A DNA stretch of 55,963 bases from Streptosporangiaceae bacterium (GCA_050698735.1 JBOHCG010000001.1:1-55963), one strand, 5' to 3'; shown: positions 9,457 to 19,714, numbered from the stretch's first letter. A program made the numbers and translations. The notes: generated from the sequence alone by a model not told the origin.

Positions 9457-10707
9457 CTACAAACGGCTAGCCTCCCCGAAGACCTCATCCATGATCTCGG
9501 CGCCGGTCGTGATCACCGGTCGCAGTTCGCGGCGGTAGACAACCTCGGTGGTCCGGGTGGAGGCGTGCCCGACGAGATGGGCGATCTCCTCGATGCTGAC
9601 GCCACGGTGGCTCATCAGGCTCACGAACGAGGTCCGGAGCTCGCGCGGCGTCCAGCCGTCCCCGATGCCTGCTGCCGTGCAGACCCGTTTGAACATCTTT
9701 CGGACGTTCCCCGCGTCGAGTGCACTGCCGAGGTGAGTGGTGAACACCAGCCCGGTGTCCTGCCATCGTTCACCGGCCAGGAGCCGCTCATCGGTTTGGC
9801 TTTCCCAGAGTTCGCGAAGCGCCTCCACCGCCATCTGGGGCAGGCCGAGCGTGCGGCGTGACCGCTCGGTCTTGGTCTCGCCATGCACGCGCACCGATCG
9901 CCACACGGCCACATGAGGTGGTATAGGCGGCCTAGCGGCCTGGTCGCCATCAAGGTCCACGTGCTGCCAGCGCAGTGCCCTTGCTTCCTCGGTGCGGAGC
10001 CCGCACAGCAGGCTCAGCACGATATAGGCGTACATCAGCTCGGCCGGGCGACGGACATCCTTGAGGCCGGGGTGCAGTTCCATCACCGGCAGAGTCCTGG
10101 CGGCGGTGATCACCGCAATCGCCTGATCGAAGGTCAGCGATTGAGACGGTCGGCCCTCCTGGCCCTTGGGGGTGTCGACCAAGGCCGCGACATTGCGGCT
10201 GACCAGGTCGTCGGCTTCGGCGTGCCGGATGGCGCGCTTCAGCGCGAGGTGTCCCATCGTCACTACCGCGCTGGAGTACCCGGCAGCCATCGCGGCCAGC
10301 GCCTGCCGCACGTCGGCCGCCGATAGCTCGCGAAGCTTGCAGGCGCCGACAACCTTCAAGATCGGCTCGAGGACGTTCTGGTTCTTCTTGATCGTCTTGG
10401 CCGAGCGTCCGTCCAGCCCATGCGCGAGCCACTCCTCCGCCGCCTGCCGCACGGTGTAGTGGGCGTAACCCGTCTTCGGGATGATCCCTTCGTCGAGCGT
10501 CTTATGCAGATCCCTGAGCTTGTCCACGACGGCGGCCTTGGTCTGGCCGCTGACCTTGCGCTTGCGGCGCTTGCCGTCTTCGGCGTATCCCAGCGTCACC
10601 TCACCGCGCCATAGCCCCGGACAGTTCCGGTGGCGTTTCGGGTCACGGCAGTCGCCTCGGTGTTCGAAAGAGATGCCGTCTTCACCGCGTCTGCGCCGAG
10701 CGGTCAT
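9457..10707 (-). CDS. int: Tyrosine recombinase (phage-type site-specific integrase)
   Basis: 416 aa. The N-terminus GISFEHRGDCRDPKRHRNCPGLWRGEVTLGY is typical of actinomycete ICE/AICE integrases. C-terminal catalytic region: GLRTEEARALRW...H.LRTSFVSLM...IAHLVGHASTRTTEVVY. Lies directly beside the att core. Confidence 0.9.
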   Translation of the reverse strand: MTARRRRGEDGISFEHRGDCRDPKRHRNCPGLWRGEVTLGYAEDGKRRKRKVSGQTKAAVVDKLRDLHKTLDEGIIPKTGYAHYTVRQAAEEWLAHGLDGRSAKTIKKNQNVLEPILKVVGACKLRELSAADVRQALAAMAAGYSSAVVTMGHLALKRAIRHAEADDLVSRNVAALVDTPKGQEGRPSQSLTFDQAIAVITAARTLPVMELHPGLKDVRRPAELMYAYIVLSLLCGLRTEEARALRWQHVDLDGDQAARPPIPPHVAVWRSVRVHGETKTERSRRTLGLPQMAVEALRELWESQTDERLLAGERWQDTGLVFTTHLGSALDAGNVRKMFKRVCTAAGIGDGWTPRELRTSFVSLMSHRGVSIEEIAHLVGHASTRTTEVVYRRELRPVITTGAEIMDEVFGEASRL

Positions 10708-10725
10708 GGTGACAGTCTACCCTGG

Positions 10726-10745
10726 GTGGGGACTAAAGTGGGGAC
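10726..10745. promoter_or_regulatory. Putative arm-type integrase-binding direct repeats (GTGGGGAC x2, 12-bp period)
   Basis: GTGGGGAC at 10726 and 10738, 127 bp left of the att core. Equivalent paired repeats occur at the same distance from the second core (45525) and at 50267. Confidence 0.35.
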
Positions 10746-10852
10746 AACGGCCACACATTCCGAGACACTTCCAGACTCATCCAGACCATATACTCGCAGC
10801 TGAATGGCACTTCGACTCATGTAGCTTCTGGACAACCGGATGTCGGAAGCTC

Positions 10853-10896
10853 CATGGTAAGGAGAAGGTCTACGGTTCGATTCCGTAACGGGGCTC
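10853..10896 (+). repeat. att core 1: 3' portion of tRNA-Thr(GGU), anticodon loop to discriminator, no CCA
   Basis: CATGGTAAGGAGAAGGTCTACGGTTCGATTCCGTAACGGGGCTC, identical to 45649-45692. It folds as anticodon loop ATGGTAA, variable loop AGGTC, T-arm TACGG-TTCGATT-CCGTA and acceptor 3' strand ACGGGGC. There is no matching 5' half upstream. Confidence 0.75.
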
Positions 10897-11569
10897 TAGC
10901 TTATCGCAGTATTTCGGTTTTGATTTCTAACACTGATTCCAAGATCAAGTGACTATCTATGGCAGTACGGCTCAGACCGGCCAGCGCCCACAGCGTGACG
11001 CGCCCGGCACCAGGACCCTCTGGCCTGCGGTAATCCCCTATGGGCAAACCGGGAATACAGCATTCGGCCGTAGCGCGTCTCCGTGCCGCGGATAATGGCT
11101 TCGTCCGGCCAGGTCGCGTCGGGTCAGATTAGCAGCGACCGAGGTGATGGGCCGTCTGAGGACGTCTGGCCACCTCTGCCGTGGCTTGGGGCCGTTGCCA
11201 TCCCTTGGCTTGTCATAGGCTCGCGGAGACGAAGCGGACCGCACCGGAGGCGCGCATCTGGCGAGGCACTTGGCCAATGTCCCGGGACAGCCCGTTCTGG
11301 GAACCGGGCATGGCCGCAGCGCTCTATAGCACCGGTTCCCCTCGGATGTGCTACGCGGATACCTGAGGCGGAGATGATCGGTCTGGGTGAGCCCCCGTAT
11401 CATCCCGCTGCGATGCACGGATTCCTCGTCTACTCCGCAACTCGTAGCCACTCGCGGACCGGGCTCAACGCCCGCTCGCAATCGCGGAAGCGTGGCTGTG
11501 GCTCCGGGCGGTTCGTTACAGTCGCGCTGGAGGACAGCGGGTTTCCGAGGATGCGGGAGGATCAGGGCT

Positions 11570-13936
11570 GTGGTGACAGCGGCGCGTGAGCGGCTGGCCA
11601 GGACGCTGCGCGGCGATGCGCAGAGCGCATTCAGCGTGGAGGTGACGGCCAAGACGGTCGACTTGAGCCTGCAGGTTGAGGGCTTCGGGCAGGTCAGGTT
11701 CCCTGTGACGCCGGCGAAGTCTCGCAAGCTTGCCGGCCTCGGTCAGCCGGCCAGGTTCGGCCGTGGCGAAAAGACGCTGACCAATCGGGATGTGCGTGAC
11801 ACATGGGAGATCCCGAAGCACCTCGTCCGCGCCGAGTGGGACGACGCCGCGCTGACGGACATTCTCGTTACGGTAAAAGACGAGCTGGGACTGCCGAACG
11901 CCGCCGAACTGACCGCCGATCTTCACTCCCTCCTGGTCTATGAGCCGAACCAGTTCTTTCTCGTCCACCAAGACTCCGAGAAGGACGACTCGATGGTCGG
12001 GACCCTGGTGGTGACCCTGCCCTCCAGCTACGCCGGGGGCGAGCTGATGGTGGGTCACAACCAGGAGTGGAAGGCCTACCGGGGATCGAAGACGGCGCTG
12101 TCGCTCGTCGCCTTCTACGCCGACTGCAGGCACGAGGTGCTCAGGGTGACATCAGGCTACCGGATCACGCTCACCTACAACCTGCTCCTGCACGGCGTCA
12201 CCAGCCGCCCGGAGGGCGATGACGGAACCGTCGCCGAACTGGCTGACCTGCTCCGCGAGCACTTCAGCACGCCGGTGCCTCGTTATTATGGCGGACCCGC
12301 GAGTGACCCGCCGAACCGGCTCGTCTACCTCCTCGACCATGAGTACACGCCCCGCGGGCTGAACTGGCGGCGGCTGAAGGGCGCGGACGCGAGCCGGGTG
12401 GCGCTGCTGCGCGCAGCGGCGGACAGGGCAGGCTGTGAGTCCGTCCTCGCGCTCGCCGATATCAAGACGACGCACAGCGCGTTCCCGGCCGATGAAGGCT
12501 ACGGATACCGGCGACGCCGGGGCTGGTACGACGACGATGACGAGTACGACGAGGAGGCGAGTGGCAGCGACCGCGAGTATGAGATTCAGGATCTGATCGA
12601 CTCGGAGGTGGCCCTCACCCACTGGACCGGGCCGGAGGGCACCCGCCTGGAGGAGACCTCGCTGTCGGTGGACGGCGATGAGGTGTGCGCGTCCACCTCG
12701 ACGGGCGACCTCACGCCGTACTCCTCGGACTACGAGGGCTACATGGGCAACTGGGGCAACACGCTGGACCGCTGGTATCACCGGGCGGCGGTCGCAGTGT
12801 GGCCTCGTGACCAGGCATTCGCGAACCGCGCCGAGACCTCCCCGGCCTGGGCTCTGGACGAGCTCGCCGCAGTGGCGTCAACAGGCGACGTGCCGGGTGC
12901 GCAGGCCGCCGCGGCGACGCTGGCGCCATTCTGGGACGGCACGGTGCGCGGCCGGGCTCCGGGCGAAGGCGGCAGGGCATCCGGGCTGTTCGGCAAGGCG
13001 CTGCGGGCGGCCGATGCCGTGGCGGACCCCGGGACCGCGGCGCTGCTGCTTCGCCCGTTCCGCATCGAGGACCTGACCGACGCGCAGGTGAAGGCGTTCG
13101 CGAAGATCGCCGGCGGGTACGGGCAGCAGTGGACGGCGGAACTGCTGCGGACGTGGTTCGGAGGGGATCGGCCGGCGTGGGTATACGGCGGGGGACAGGA
13201 ACGGCCGCGATGGGTGGCCGACTGGATGCCTGGCCTGTGCGAGGGGCTGCATGCCACCGGCAGTACCGGCGCCGCGGCCGCGCGCCGACTCGTTGACCTG
13301 GCGTGGGAATGGCTTGGCCAGGACATCGGTGCAGGACTGACGTCGTCGTCGCCCAGCCGCCGCGACGAGAAACTCGGCCGCCTGGGTAAACCGCTCGCCT
13401 CGGTGCTGACGGCCGCCGCCGTGATCGGGGCGGCTGGCACCCGGGACATGCTGACTGGCTATACCCGGGACCAAGGAGACGCGGTGACCGCGCTGGAGAT
13501 GTCCGCGCTGCGCGCCGCGGCGGAGCTGTCCCGGGACGGCGCGCGTGGCGACGCCGGCTTCGGCGACCTGGCCGCCGACTGCGGGGCACGGCTCCGCGCC
13601 CGGCTTGCCAGGCCGCGGCGCGCATCCGGCGACTGGTCGATCGAACTGCCAACAGGCGGCTGCACCTGCGAGCTGTGCGACACCCTGCACGTGTTCCTGG
13701 AAGACAAGGGCAGGCGAACCTTCGAGTGGCCGCTCGCCAAGCAGCGCAGGCAGCACGTCCACTCCCGGATCGACGCGGCCGAACTGCCCGTCACCCACCT
13801 GACCAGGCGGCAAGGCAGCCCCTACACGCTCGTCCTGACGAAGACCGACGCGCTCTTCGCCCGCGAGGAGGAGGCGAGGACCAGGGATGAAACGGACCTG
13901 GAGTGGCTCTCGGCACAGTGGAATCCCGATGTCTGA
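11570..13936 (+). CDS. Large 2OG-Fe(II) oxygenase-domain protein with a long C-terminal extension
   Basis: Prolyl-hydroxylase-like core: LLVYEPNQFFLVHQDSEKD...GGEL...FYADCRHEVLRVTSGYRITLTYNL (HxD...H...R). About 550 further residues have no recognisable domain and end in a CTCELC motif. The start is uncertain: the ORF opens at 11387 inside a conserved non-coding flank, and GTG 11570 was chosen. Confidence 0.55.
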   Translation: MVTAARERLARTLRGDAQSAFSVEVTAKTVDLSLQVEGFGQVRFPVTPAKSRKLAGLGQPARFGRGEKTLTNRDVRDTWEIPKHLVRAEWDDAALTDILVTVKDELGLPNAAELTADLHSLLVYEPNQFFLVHQDSEKDDSMVGTLVVTLPSSYAGGELMVGHNQEWKAYRGSKTALSLVAFYADCRHEVLRVTSGYRITLTYNLLLHGVTSRPEGDDGTVAELADLLREHFSTPVPRYYGGPASDPPNRLVYLLDHEYTPRGLNWRRLKGADASRVALLRAAADRAGCESVLALADIKTTHSAFPADEGYGYRRRRGWYDDDDEYDEEASGSDREYEIQDLIDSEVALTHWTGPEGTRLEETSLSVDGDEVCASTSTGDLTPYSSDYEGYMGNWGNTLDRWYHRAAVAVWPRDQAFANRAETSPAWALDELAAVASTGDVPGAQAAAATLAPFWDGTVRGRAPGEGGRASGLFGKALRAADAVADPGTAALLLRPFRIEDLTDAQVKAFAKIAGGYGQQWTAELLRTWFGGDRPAWVYGGGQERPRWVADWMPGLCEGLHATGSTGAAAARRLVDLAWEWLGQDIGAGLTSSSPSRRDEKLGRLGKPLASVLTAAAVIGAAGTRDMLTGYTRDQGDAVTALEMSALRAAAELSRDGARGDAGFGDLAADCGARLRARLARPRRASGDWSIELPTGGCTCELCDTLHVFLEDKGRRTFEWPLAKQRRQHVHSRIDAAELPVTHLTRRQGSPYTLVLTKTDALFAREEEARTRDETDLEWLSAQWNPDV

Positions 13937-14069
13937 CCGGCGTACTCCCAAAGCGGCGCGTGCCCTGTGGGCGTGAGAGCTGCGCGCACCTCTACTGACC
14001 TGCAGGATAGCTCTGATTTGAGCTGCATCGCAGTACTGCCTGCAGGATATGCTGCAAAAATAATCGAAA

Positions 14070-14831
14070 ATGAGCTATACTGCAGTAGTGGCCCAGTACT
14101 CGACGCTCAGCCGCATCGCCCGGATCGCTGAGGATCAATGGGGGCTCATCACGCGCCGCCAGGCCGAAAATGCCGGTGTCTCCCAGGCTACGCTGCAACG
14201 ACTCGCCAAGACGGGCATCCTTGACCGGGTTGCGCACGGCGTGTACCGCCTGACCGGGGCACCGCCGCCGGATTACCTCGGCCTTCGTGCCGCATGGCTC
14301 CAGCTCGCCCCAGAGGTTCCGGCGTGGGAACGGACACCGGAGCAGGGGGTCATATCCCACCGTTCGGCCGCGGCGTTGTACGGTCTTGGCCACCTGCCAG
14401 CAGACCGGCACGAGTTCACGCTGCCAGAGCGGCGGCAATCTCGCCGATCAGACATCCGGCTCCACCACCGCGCGGTCCGCCCCGAAGAGTGGATCGGTCT
14501 TCATGGGATGCCGGTCACGAGGCCGTCGCGCATCGCCGCCGACATGCTGGATGACAAGGAAGACCCCGAAGCAGTCGCACAGGTCATTGTCGACGCTCTC
14601 CGGCCCGTTTACGACTACCCGGGCGCGTTCGCGGACGCCCTCGCACCGTACGCCGCCAGTTTCAGGCTCAGGCGAGGGGATGGTCTAGCGCTCCTCCGCT
14701 GGCTCCTCGACACGGCCGGTGATCCGGAAATGTCCCGATGGATAGAGGAGGCGAGGGGGCATCTCGAACGTTCCGCCGGGAAGGACGGGAAGTCGCCAGC
14801 TGGTCTCCGCGTCGAAGCCAGGCGGCGATGA
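14070..14831 (+). CDS. abiEi: AbiEi family antitoxin (type IV TA system)
   Basis: The N-terminal wHTH WGLITRRQAENAGVSQATLQRLAKTGILDRVAHGVYRL is typical of AbiEi. Its stop overlaps the ATG of the AbiEii gene (ATGA at 14828). Confidence 0.8.
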   Translation: MSYTAVVAQYSTLSRIARIAEDQWGLITRRQAENAGVSQATLQRLAKTGILDRVAHGVYRLTGAPPPDYLGLRAAWLQLAPEVPAWERTPEQGVISHRSAAALYGLGHLPADRHEFTLPERRQSRRSDIRLHHRAVRPEEWIGLHGMPVTRPSRIAADMLDDKEDPEAVAQVIVDALRPVYDYPGAFADALAPYAASFRLRRGDGLALLRWLLDTAGDPEMSRWIEEARGHLERSAGKDGKSPAGLRVEARRR

Positions 14832-15480
14832 CCGGCGGTCGTTCATACGGAAGCCCTGGCGCCTTCCGGCGGGCTCTCACCGACAAGCTCAGGGTTCTCG
14901 CCTCCCAGAGCCGCTGGACGCTCCAGCAGCTCCAGCGGCAGATGGCGTACGACCGGCTGCTGGAGCGCCTCTACCTCGTCGACGAGGGCTGGATCATCAA
15001 AGGCGCGACAGCGTTGCTCGCCCGTGACATCGGCGTCCGGGGGACTATCGACATTGACCTATACCGCGAGGTGGCCCGGGAAATTGCAGAGACGGACCTG
15101 CGCCGGGCGGCCGCCCTGGAAATTGGCGACTGGTTCCGCTTCGAGATCGGCCCTCCACGGCCGCTGGCAGGTATCGGCGGTGCCCGCCTTCCGATAAAGG
15201 CCTTCGTGGGGAATACGGAATGGGCAGCCTTCACGTCGATCTCGTCGGAGAGGATCTCCGCATGACCAGCGACCCGGAGTACGTCCCGCCACTGGCTCGC
15301 GTGGTCATGCCCGATGTAGAGCAACATGGATACCTGGCCTATCCGCTTGTCGATCATGTCGCGGATAAGGTCTGTGCGATTTTCGAGCGGCATGGCTCCG
15401 CAGGGACACCGTCGACCCGTTACAGGGACCTAACGAGGCTGCGCCTCAGACCATCGAGGTTCCCGGTTCTGCAGGTGTGA
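14828..15480 (+). pseudogene. abiEii: AbiEii/AbiGii nucleotidyltransferase toxin, frameshifted and 3'-truncated
   Basis: YDRLLERLY...WIIKGATALLARDIGVRGTIDIDLY is the AbiEii NTase signature. The frame breaks near 15230-15265 and the sequence continues in ORF 15220-15480 (HVDLVG...TRYRDL). The distal part of the gene is missing. Confidence 0.7.
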
Positions 15481-15518
15481 TCGTGCGGGCGGGGTCATCC
15501 TGGCAACCGTAGGCACGG

Positions 15519-16648
15519 TTGCGGAGGGTGGCTATGGCGAAGCGTCCGGTAACGCTGTCTGATGTCGTCGCGGGGCATGTGAGCCTGGAGATCGAGAATT
15601 TCGACCGGATCTACCTGAACGGGTACGTGCCCGCGATGCAGACGCCGGGGCAGGTGGCGGGGTTCCTAGACTGGCGCGGGTTCCCGATCGCGTCCCCGGC
15701 GGCGCTGGGCCGGAACGGGCAGCTGTTCCGGGCCGGGGTCCGCCGGTACGCGCGGGACAACGACATCGCGTGGGTCAGCTTCCGCAAGGGTGACCGCAAG
15801 CTGGACGTGGTCCGCCCCCTGCTGGATGCGGCCGAGGCGGCGGGGCAGTCCAGGGTGGTCGCGGTCGGGGAGGCGCGGGAGTTCCAGTGGGTCTTCGACG
15901 CCACGAAGAAACAGAGCGCGGGCGGGGTGCCGTGGTTCAGGTTCTACCGCACGGAGCGGCTGGTGACCTGCTACTACTTCTACCTGCATGACCGGAAGAT
16001 AGGTCCCGCGTTCATCAAGGTCTGCGCGTACGCGCCGTACCCGGTGAAGGTGTGGTGCAACGGCCATGAGATCGCCCGCCGGATGGCGGCGGCTGAGGGG
16101 ATCGAGGTGACGCCGCTGGCCAACGGGTTCGCCGCGACCTCGGATCCGGGGCGGCTGCAGGAGCCGTGCGACATGATCCAGGCCGGGACGCTGCGGACCT
16201 TCTTCGAGCGGTGGATGGGGGGCTGCCGCTGCCGCTCACGGCGGCAGACCGGGCGGCCGGGTTCTGGTGGGACCTGTCCATGCGCCAGGTCGAGGTATCC
16301 CGCACCCTGGTCTTCGATGACCCCCGCCGCGTCCGGACGGTCTTCGAGGAACTGCTGGCCGGCAACATGAACCTGGGCCGGCCCGGGCACATGCAGATCA
16401 TCTTCGCCTCCAAGGTGACCCGCAGGACGCCCGGGGAGTTCTCCACCCGGCTGCTCAACCGCGGCGACCAGGTCACGGTGAACCTGAGCTTCAGGCATTC
16501 CCGGATCAAGATCTACAAGGAAGACCGCGCGCTGCGGATCGAGACGGTCGTCAACGATGCCGGTGACCTGGGCTGCGAGCGCAGCCTGGAGCACCTGGAG
16601 GAGCTATCGGCCAAGGCGCGTGCATGCAACGCCCGCCTGATGCTGTGA
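15519..16648 (+). pseudogene. Conserved actinobacterial hypothetical (possibly IS-associated), frameshifted and probably 3'-truncated
   Basis: Two overlapping ORFs (15519-16370 and 16166-16648) read as one protein if a frameshift near 16200-16230 is corrected. I cannot name the family confidently. Its 3' end abuts or overlaps the start of the adenylating-enzyme gene. Confidence 0.4.
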
Positions 16649-18135
16649 TAGCCGGCCAGGGCAGCGGCATCCTCGCGAATCCCGGCGGCGAGATGACCAC
16701 CACGACGTACGGCGATCTTGATCGGCACAGCAGCCGGCTGGCGAGCTGGCTGCGGCGGCACGTCGGAGTGCGCCAGGGCGGCGCGGTCGCCGTCATACCG
16801 CGCAATGACGCCGCATCGATCGCGGCGATCTTCGGCGTGCTCCGCTCGGGCTCTCCCGCGCTCCTGCTCAGTCCCGCGGATCCGGTAGCCAGGTTGCGGT
16901 CCCAGGCCGAGGCCATCGGCTGCGAGTTCGTGCTTCGCAGCCCAGCCGTCGGCACGGACGTCCTTCCGGGCTCCTGCGCCGTGCCCGACCCCCGCACGCT
17001 GCCGGAGGACAGGCAGTGGCGCGACCCCGACCTGGACCCGGCCGCGGACGCGCTGTTCTTCGGCACCTCCGGCTCCACGGCGACAGCCAAACTTGTCGCG
17101 CAGTCCCACTACAACGCCGCGGTCAACGCGGCGGCCGTGGGTCGGCACCATCGCCTGCGCCGCGGCGACCGCATAGTCGGATGCCTGCCCATCCACCACG
17201 TGAACGGGCTGCATCTCACGCTCTTCGGCACGCTCTGGGCCGGCGGGCACGTTCTGCTCGCGCAGGACTTCGACCCGCTCCGCTACCCGGAGTTCCTGCG
17301 CGGCTTCCGACCGCGCATCGCGAGCGTGGTGCCGAGCCTGCTCGAAGCCTTGACTGCGACATGGCGGAAACCAGGTGAGCTGGCTGGCTTCGGCTACTTC
17401 GTGTCGGCTGCCGCGCCGCTGTCCACCGAGACCGCGCGGCGGGTATGGCAGGCGATGGGCGTCCGCGTGCTCCAGGGGTACGGGCTCACCGAGACCACCA
17501 ACTTCGCCACGATGATGCCGTTCGGACTGCCGCCGGAAGCCTACCGCCGGCTGACGACCGACGCGGCGATCCCCTCGGTCGGGGTCGCCTTGCCCGGCAA
17601 TGAGGTCGCGGTCCTTCGGCCTGACGGCGCGCGCGCGGACCCGGGAGAAGCCGGGGAGATCTGCGTGCGCGGCCACAACGTGATGACGGGGTACGTGAAT
17701 AATCCGCAGGCCACCGCCGAGGCATTCCGCGGCGGCTGGTTTCACTCGCAGGATCTCGGCTTCGAGGTCGCGGACGCCGCTCTCGGCCGCCGCTTCGTTG
17801 TGATCACCGGACGCAGCAAGAACATCGCGAAGGTGAGTGGAGAGAGCGTCTCGCTGGAGGAGATGGAGCGCGTCCTGCTCAGCGTGCCTGAGGTGCGGGA
17901 TGCCGCGTGTCTGAGCCGCCCTCATCGCTTCTACGGAGAGGAGATCGTGGTCGCGGTGGTGCTCACTCCTGGCGCCCGCGTTGATGTCCGCGACCGGCTG
18001 CGGAGCAGATTCCCCTCCGTCGCCCTGCCCCGCCGAGTCGTGCACTGTGAGGCGATCCCGAGGACGGCGACGGGGAAGATCCTCCGGGTGCAACTGCTCG
18101 CCGCGCTGACCACATCAGACGGGGACGGGCAGTGA
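16624..18135 (+). CDS. ANL-superfamily adenylate-forming enzyme (acyl/aminoacyl-AMP ligase)
   Basis: Motifs FFGTSGSTATAKL (variant A3), GYGLTETT (A5), WFHSQDLG (A7), ITGRSKNIAKVSGESVSLEEME (A8) and PRTATGKILR (A10). The N-terminus is very short before TYGDL (alternative ATG at 16693), so the 5' end may be truncated. Confidence 0.85.
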   Translation: MQRPPDAVIAGQGSGILANPGGEMTTTTYGDLDRHSSRLASWLRRHVGVRQGGAVAVIPRNDAASIAAIFGVLRSGSPALLLSPADPVARLRSQAEAIGCEFVLRSPAVGTDVLPGSCAVPDPRTLPEDRQWRDPDLDPAADALFFGTSGSTATAKLVAQSHYNAAVNAAAVGRHHRLRRGDRIVGCLPIHHVNGLHLTLFGTLWAGGHVLLAQDFDPLRYPEFLRGFRPRIASVVPSLLEALTATWRKPGELAGFGYFVSAAAPLSTETARRVWQAMGVRVLQGYGLTETTNFATMMPFGLPPEAYRRLTTDAAIPSVGVALPGNEVAVLRPDGARADPGEAGEICVRGHNVMTGYVNNPQATAEAFRGGWFHSQDLGFEVADAALGRRFVVITGRSKNIAKVSGESVSLEEMERVLLSVPEVRDAACLSRPHRFYGEEIVVAVVLTPGARVDVRDRLRSRFPSVALPRRVVHCEAIPRTATGKILRVQLLAALTTSDGDGQ

Positions 18136-18136
18136 C

Positions 18137-19714
18137 ATGTCGCTCTTCAAGATCATCCCCGCCCGGCGCCCGCCGACGCTGACGCCGGACCTGGCCGCCG
18201 TTACGAACTGCGCCCGTGCCGTGGGCCAGATACGGGACGACTTCCTGCCGTTCGTAGACGAGCGGGTGCTCGACGTCTACGCGCGCGCCAGCGACCCGGA
18301 CGACCCGTTCGAGCTCCGCGACCTCTGGCTTGCTAGGGTCGAGCACGAGCTGGGTCCGCACGCGTGCCGCCTCGACCTCGCCGAGCGATGGCGGGGATCG
18401 CGGGTGCGCCGCCGCGTCCAGCCCGACGACGTCCTCAACTCGCGCGCTACAGTGCGGTTCGTCAAGGAGCTCTTCAACTGGTTCTTCCGTAACGACGTGT
18501 ATGGCGACCTGCGGCCGCAGGCGCAACTGATCCTCTCCGGCGGGGCAGTGGACGAGGAGGCCTGGGGACTGCCGGAGACGCTGAAGCAGTGCGTCAGGTT
18601 CGCGCTCGACCGCGACTGGTACGGCTACTCCGATTCGCGCGGCCGGGTACCGACGAGGGAGGCGGTGGCCAGGTACGAAAACGTTCGCATTGAGGGCGCG
18701 CCGTATGACGTCGGCAATGTCGCCCTGACGTTGGGCGGCACGTTCGCGATCAGTACGCTGGCCGACTTCATCCTGCTCGAGGCTGAGGCCACGGGCGTGC
18801 CTGCCCTGTGCGGAATCCCTAACTACCCGCCGCTGGTCGAGGCCATCGCCCGGCGACGGCAGACGCGGCTCGTGCCGCTGCCCGTTCGCGACGGGCACGC
18901 GTCGGTCGATGGCCTGATCGCCGCCCTGACACCGCACACGCCGCTGGTGATGCTGCAGACCGTGGCCAACCCGACCGGAGTCGGGGTCGCCGAGGCGGAA
19001 CTGGAGCGACTGATCTGCGCGACCGCGCCGTCGACCATGATCTTGCTGGACGAGTGCCACGAATGGCTCGGCCCGAGCCAGCGGCGCTCGCTACTGCGCG
19101 CCGCGCCGAACGTCGTCAGGGTCTCCAGCCTGTCGAAGACCTGGTCGGCACCGGGCCTCAAGGTTGGGTGGATCCTCGCCGACTGCCGGTTCGTGGAGGC
19201 CTACTACGAGTACGCGTCCACTTCATTCGGCGGCCCGCCGTCGTTCTTCTACACGATGGTCGAGGTGCTGGCCCGGATGGAGCGCTGGGTGATCACCGGC
19301 ATCGACCGGCCCGGTCCGACGGAGCTGGCCGAGTTCGAGGACTCGTACGGGATCGACCTCGTCGGCCTGGCCGCGGCGTATCGCGCCTACCGGCTTGACC
19401 GGCTTGCTCGTGAGCAAGAGCTGACCATGACCAGGGCCGCCGTCGTCAGCCGCTTGGCGGGGGTGCCGACCGACGTGGTACGGCCCAGGTACTCGATCAA
19501 CGTCGCCGTCACGTTCCCCGGCTACGACGACTCCTACCTGTGCTTCAGAGACCTACTACGTCGAACTGGCGTTTCGGTATACCCTGGTATACTCAATTTC
19601 TGTCTGTCCGGCGGAGTGGTCCGCATCACGACAGCGCGGCGCTGGGCAGATCTGTCGCGAGCGTTGGCGCGATTTCAGTCTCTACTGAGCGGTCAAGAGA
19701 CCGACCGTGGGTGA
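18137..19714 (+). CDS. PLP-dependent aminotransferase (class I/II fold)
   Basis: WYGYSDSRG, NPTGVG and the PLP-lysine motif SSLSKTWSAPGLKVGW. It starts 2 nt after the upstream stop. Confidence 0.8.
   Translation: MSLFKIIPARRPPTLTPDLAAVTNCARAVGQIRDDFLPFVDERVLDVYARASDPDDPFELRDLWLARVEHELGPHACRLDLAERWRGSRVRRRVQPDDVLNSRATVRFVKELFNWFFRNDVYGDLRPQAQLILSGGAVDEEAWGLPETLKQCVRFALDRDWYGYSDSRGRVPTREAVARYENVRIEGAPYDVGNVALTLGGTFAISTLADFILLEAEATGVPALCGIPNYPPLVEAIARRRQTRLVPLPVRDGHASVDGLIAALTPHTPLVMLQTVANPTGVGVAEAELERLICATAPSTMILLDECHEWLGPSQRRSLLRAAPNVVRVSSLSKTWSAPGLKVGWILADCRFVEAYYEYASTSFGGPPSFFYTMVEVLARMERWVITGIDRPGPTELAEFEDSYGIDLVGLAAAYRAYRLDRLAREQELTMTRAAVVSRLAGVPTDVVRPRYSINVAVTFPGYDDSYLCFRDLLRRTGVSVYPGILNFCLSGGVVRITTARRWADLSRALARFQSLLSGQETDRG

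Noticed and set aside
10790-10896. A complete tRNA gene ending at the T-arm/acceptor sequence GGTTCGATTCCGTAACGGGGCTC (the same question applies at 45600-45694).
   Set aside because: The ~35 nt upstream of each anticodon loop has no strand complementary to ACGGGGC and no D-arm. At site 1 only 4 of 5 anticodon-stem pairs could form. Both are better read as att-type 3' fragments.
11038-11727. A minus-strand 229-aa ORF, with a similar ORF at 45749-46108, inside the conserved att-flanking block. The two share short peptide similarity (SV.AN.TRRDLAGR.H.P.HGD).
   Set aside because: The two DNA copies differ by frame-breaking indels, so the peptide similarity covers only one short window. The composition is Arg/Pro-rich. 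Conservation is better explained at the DNA/RNA level.
16513-19060. Long minus-strand ORFs (16513-18093, 526 aa; 17963-19060, 365 aa) antisense to the ANL and aminotransferase genes. Comparable cases are 12711-13652, 12878-13951, 20520-21602, 24867-26012 and 2051-2683.
   Set aside because: They have Arg/Gly/Pro/Ala-rich, low-complexity translations with no motifs. They lie opposite or out of frame to genes with clear domain signatures. These are typical shadow ORFs in high-GC DNA.
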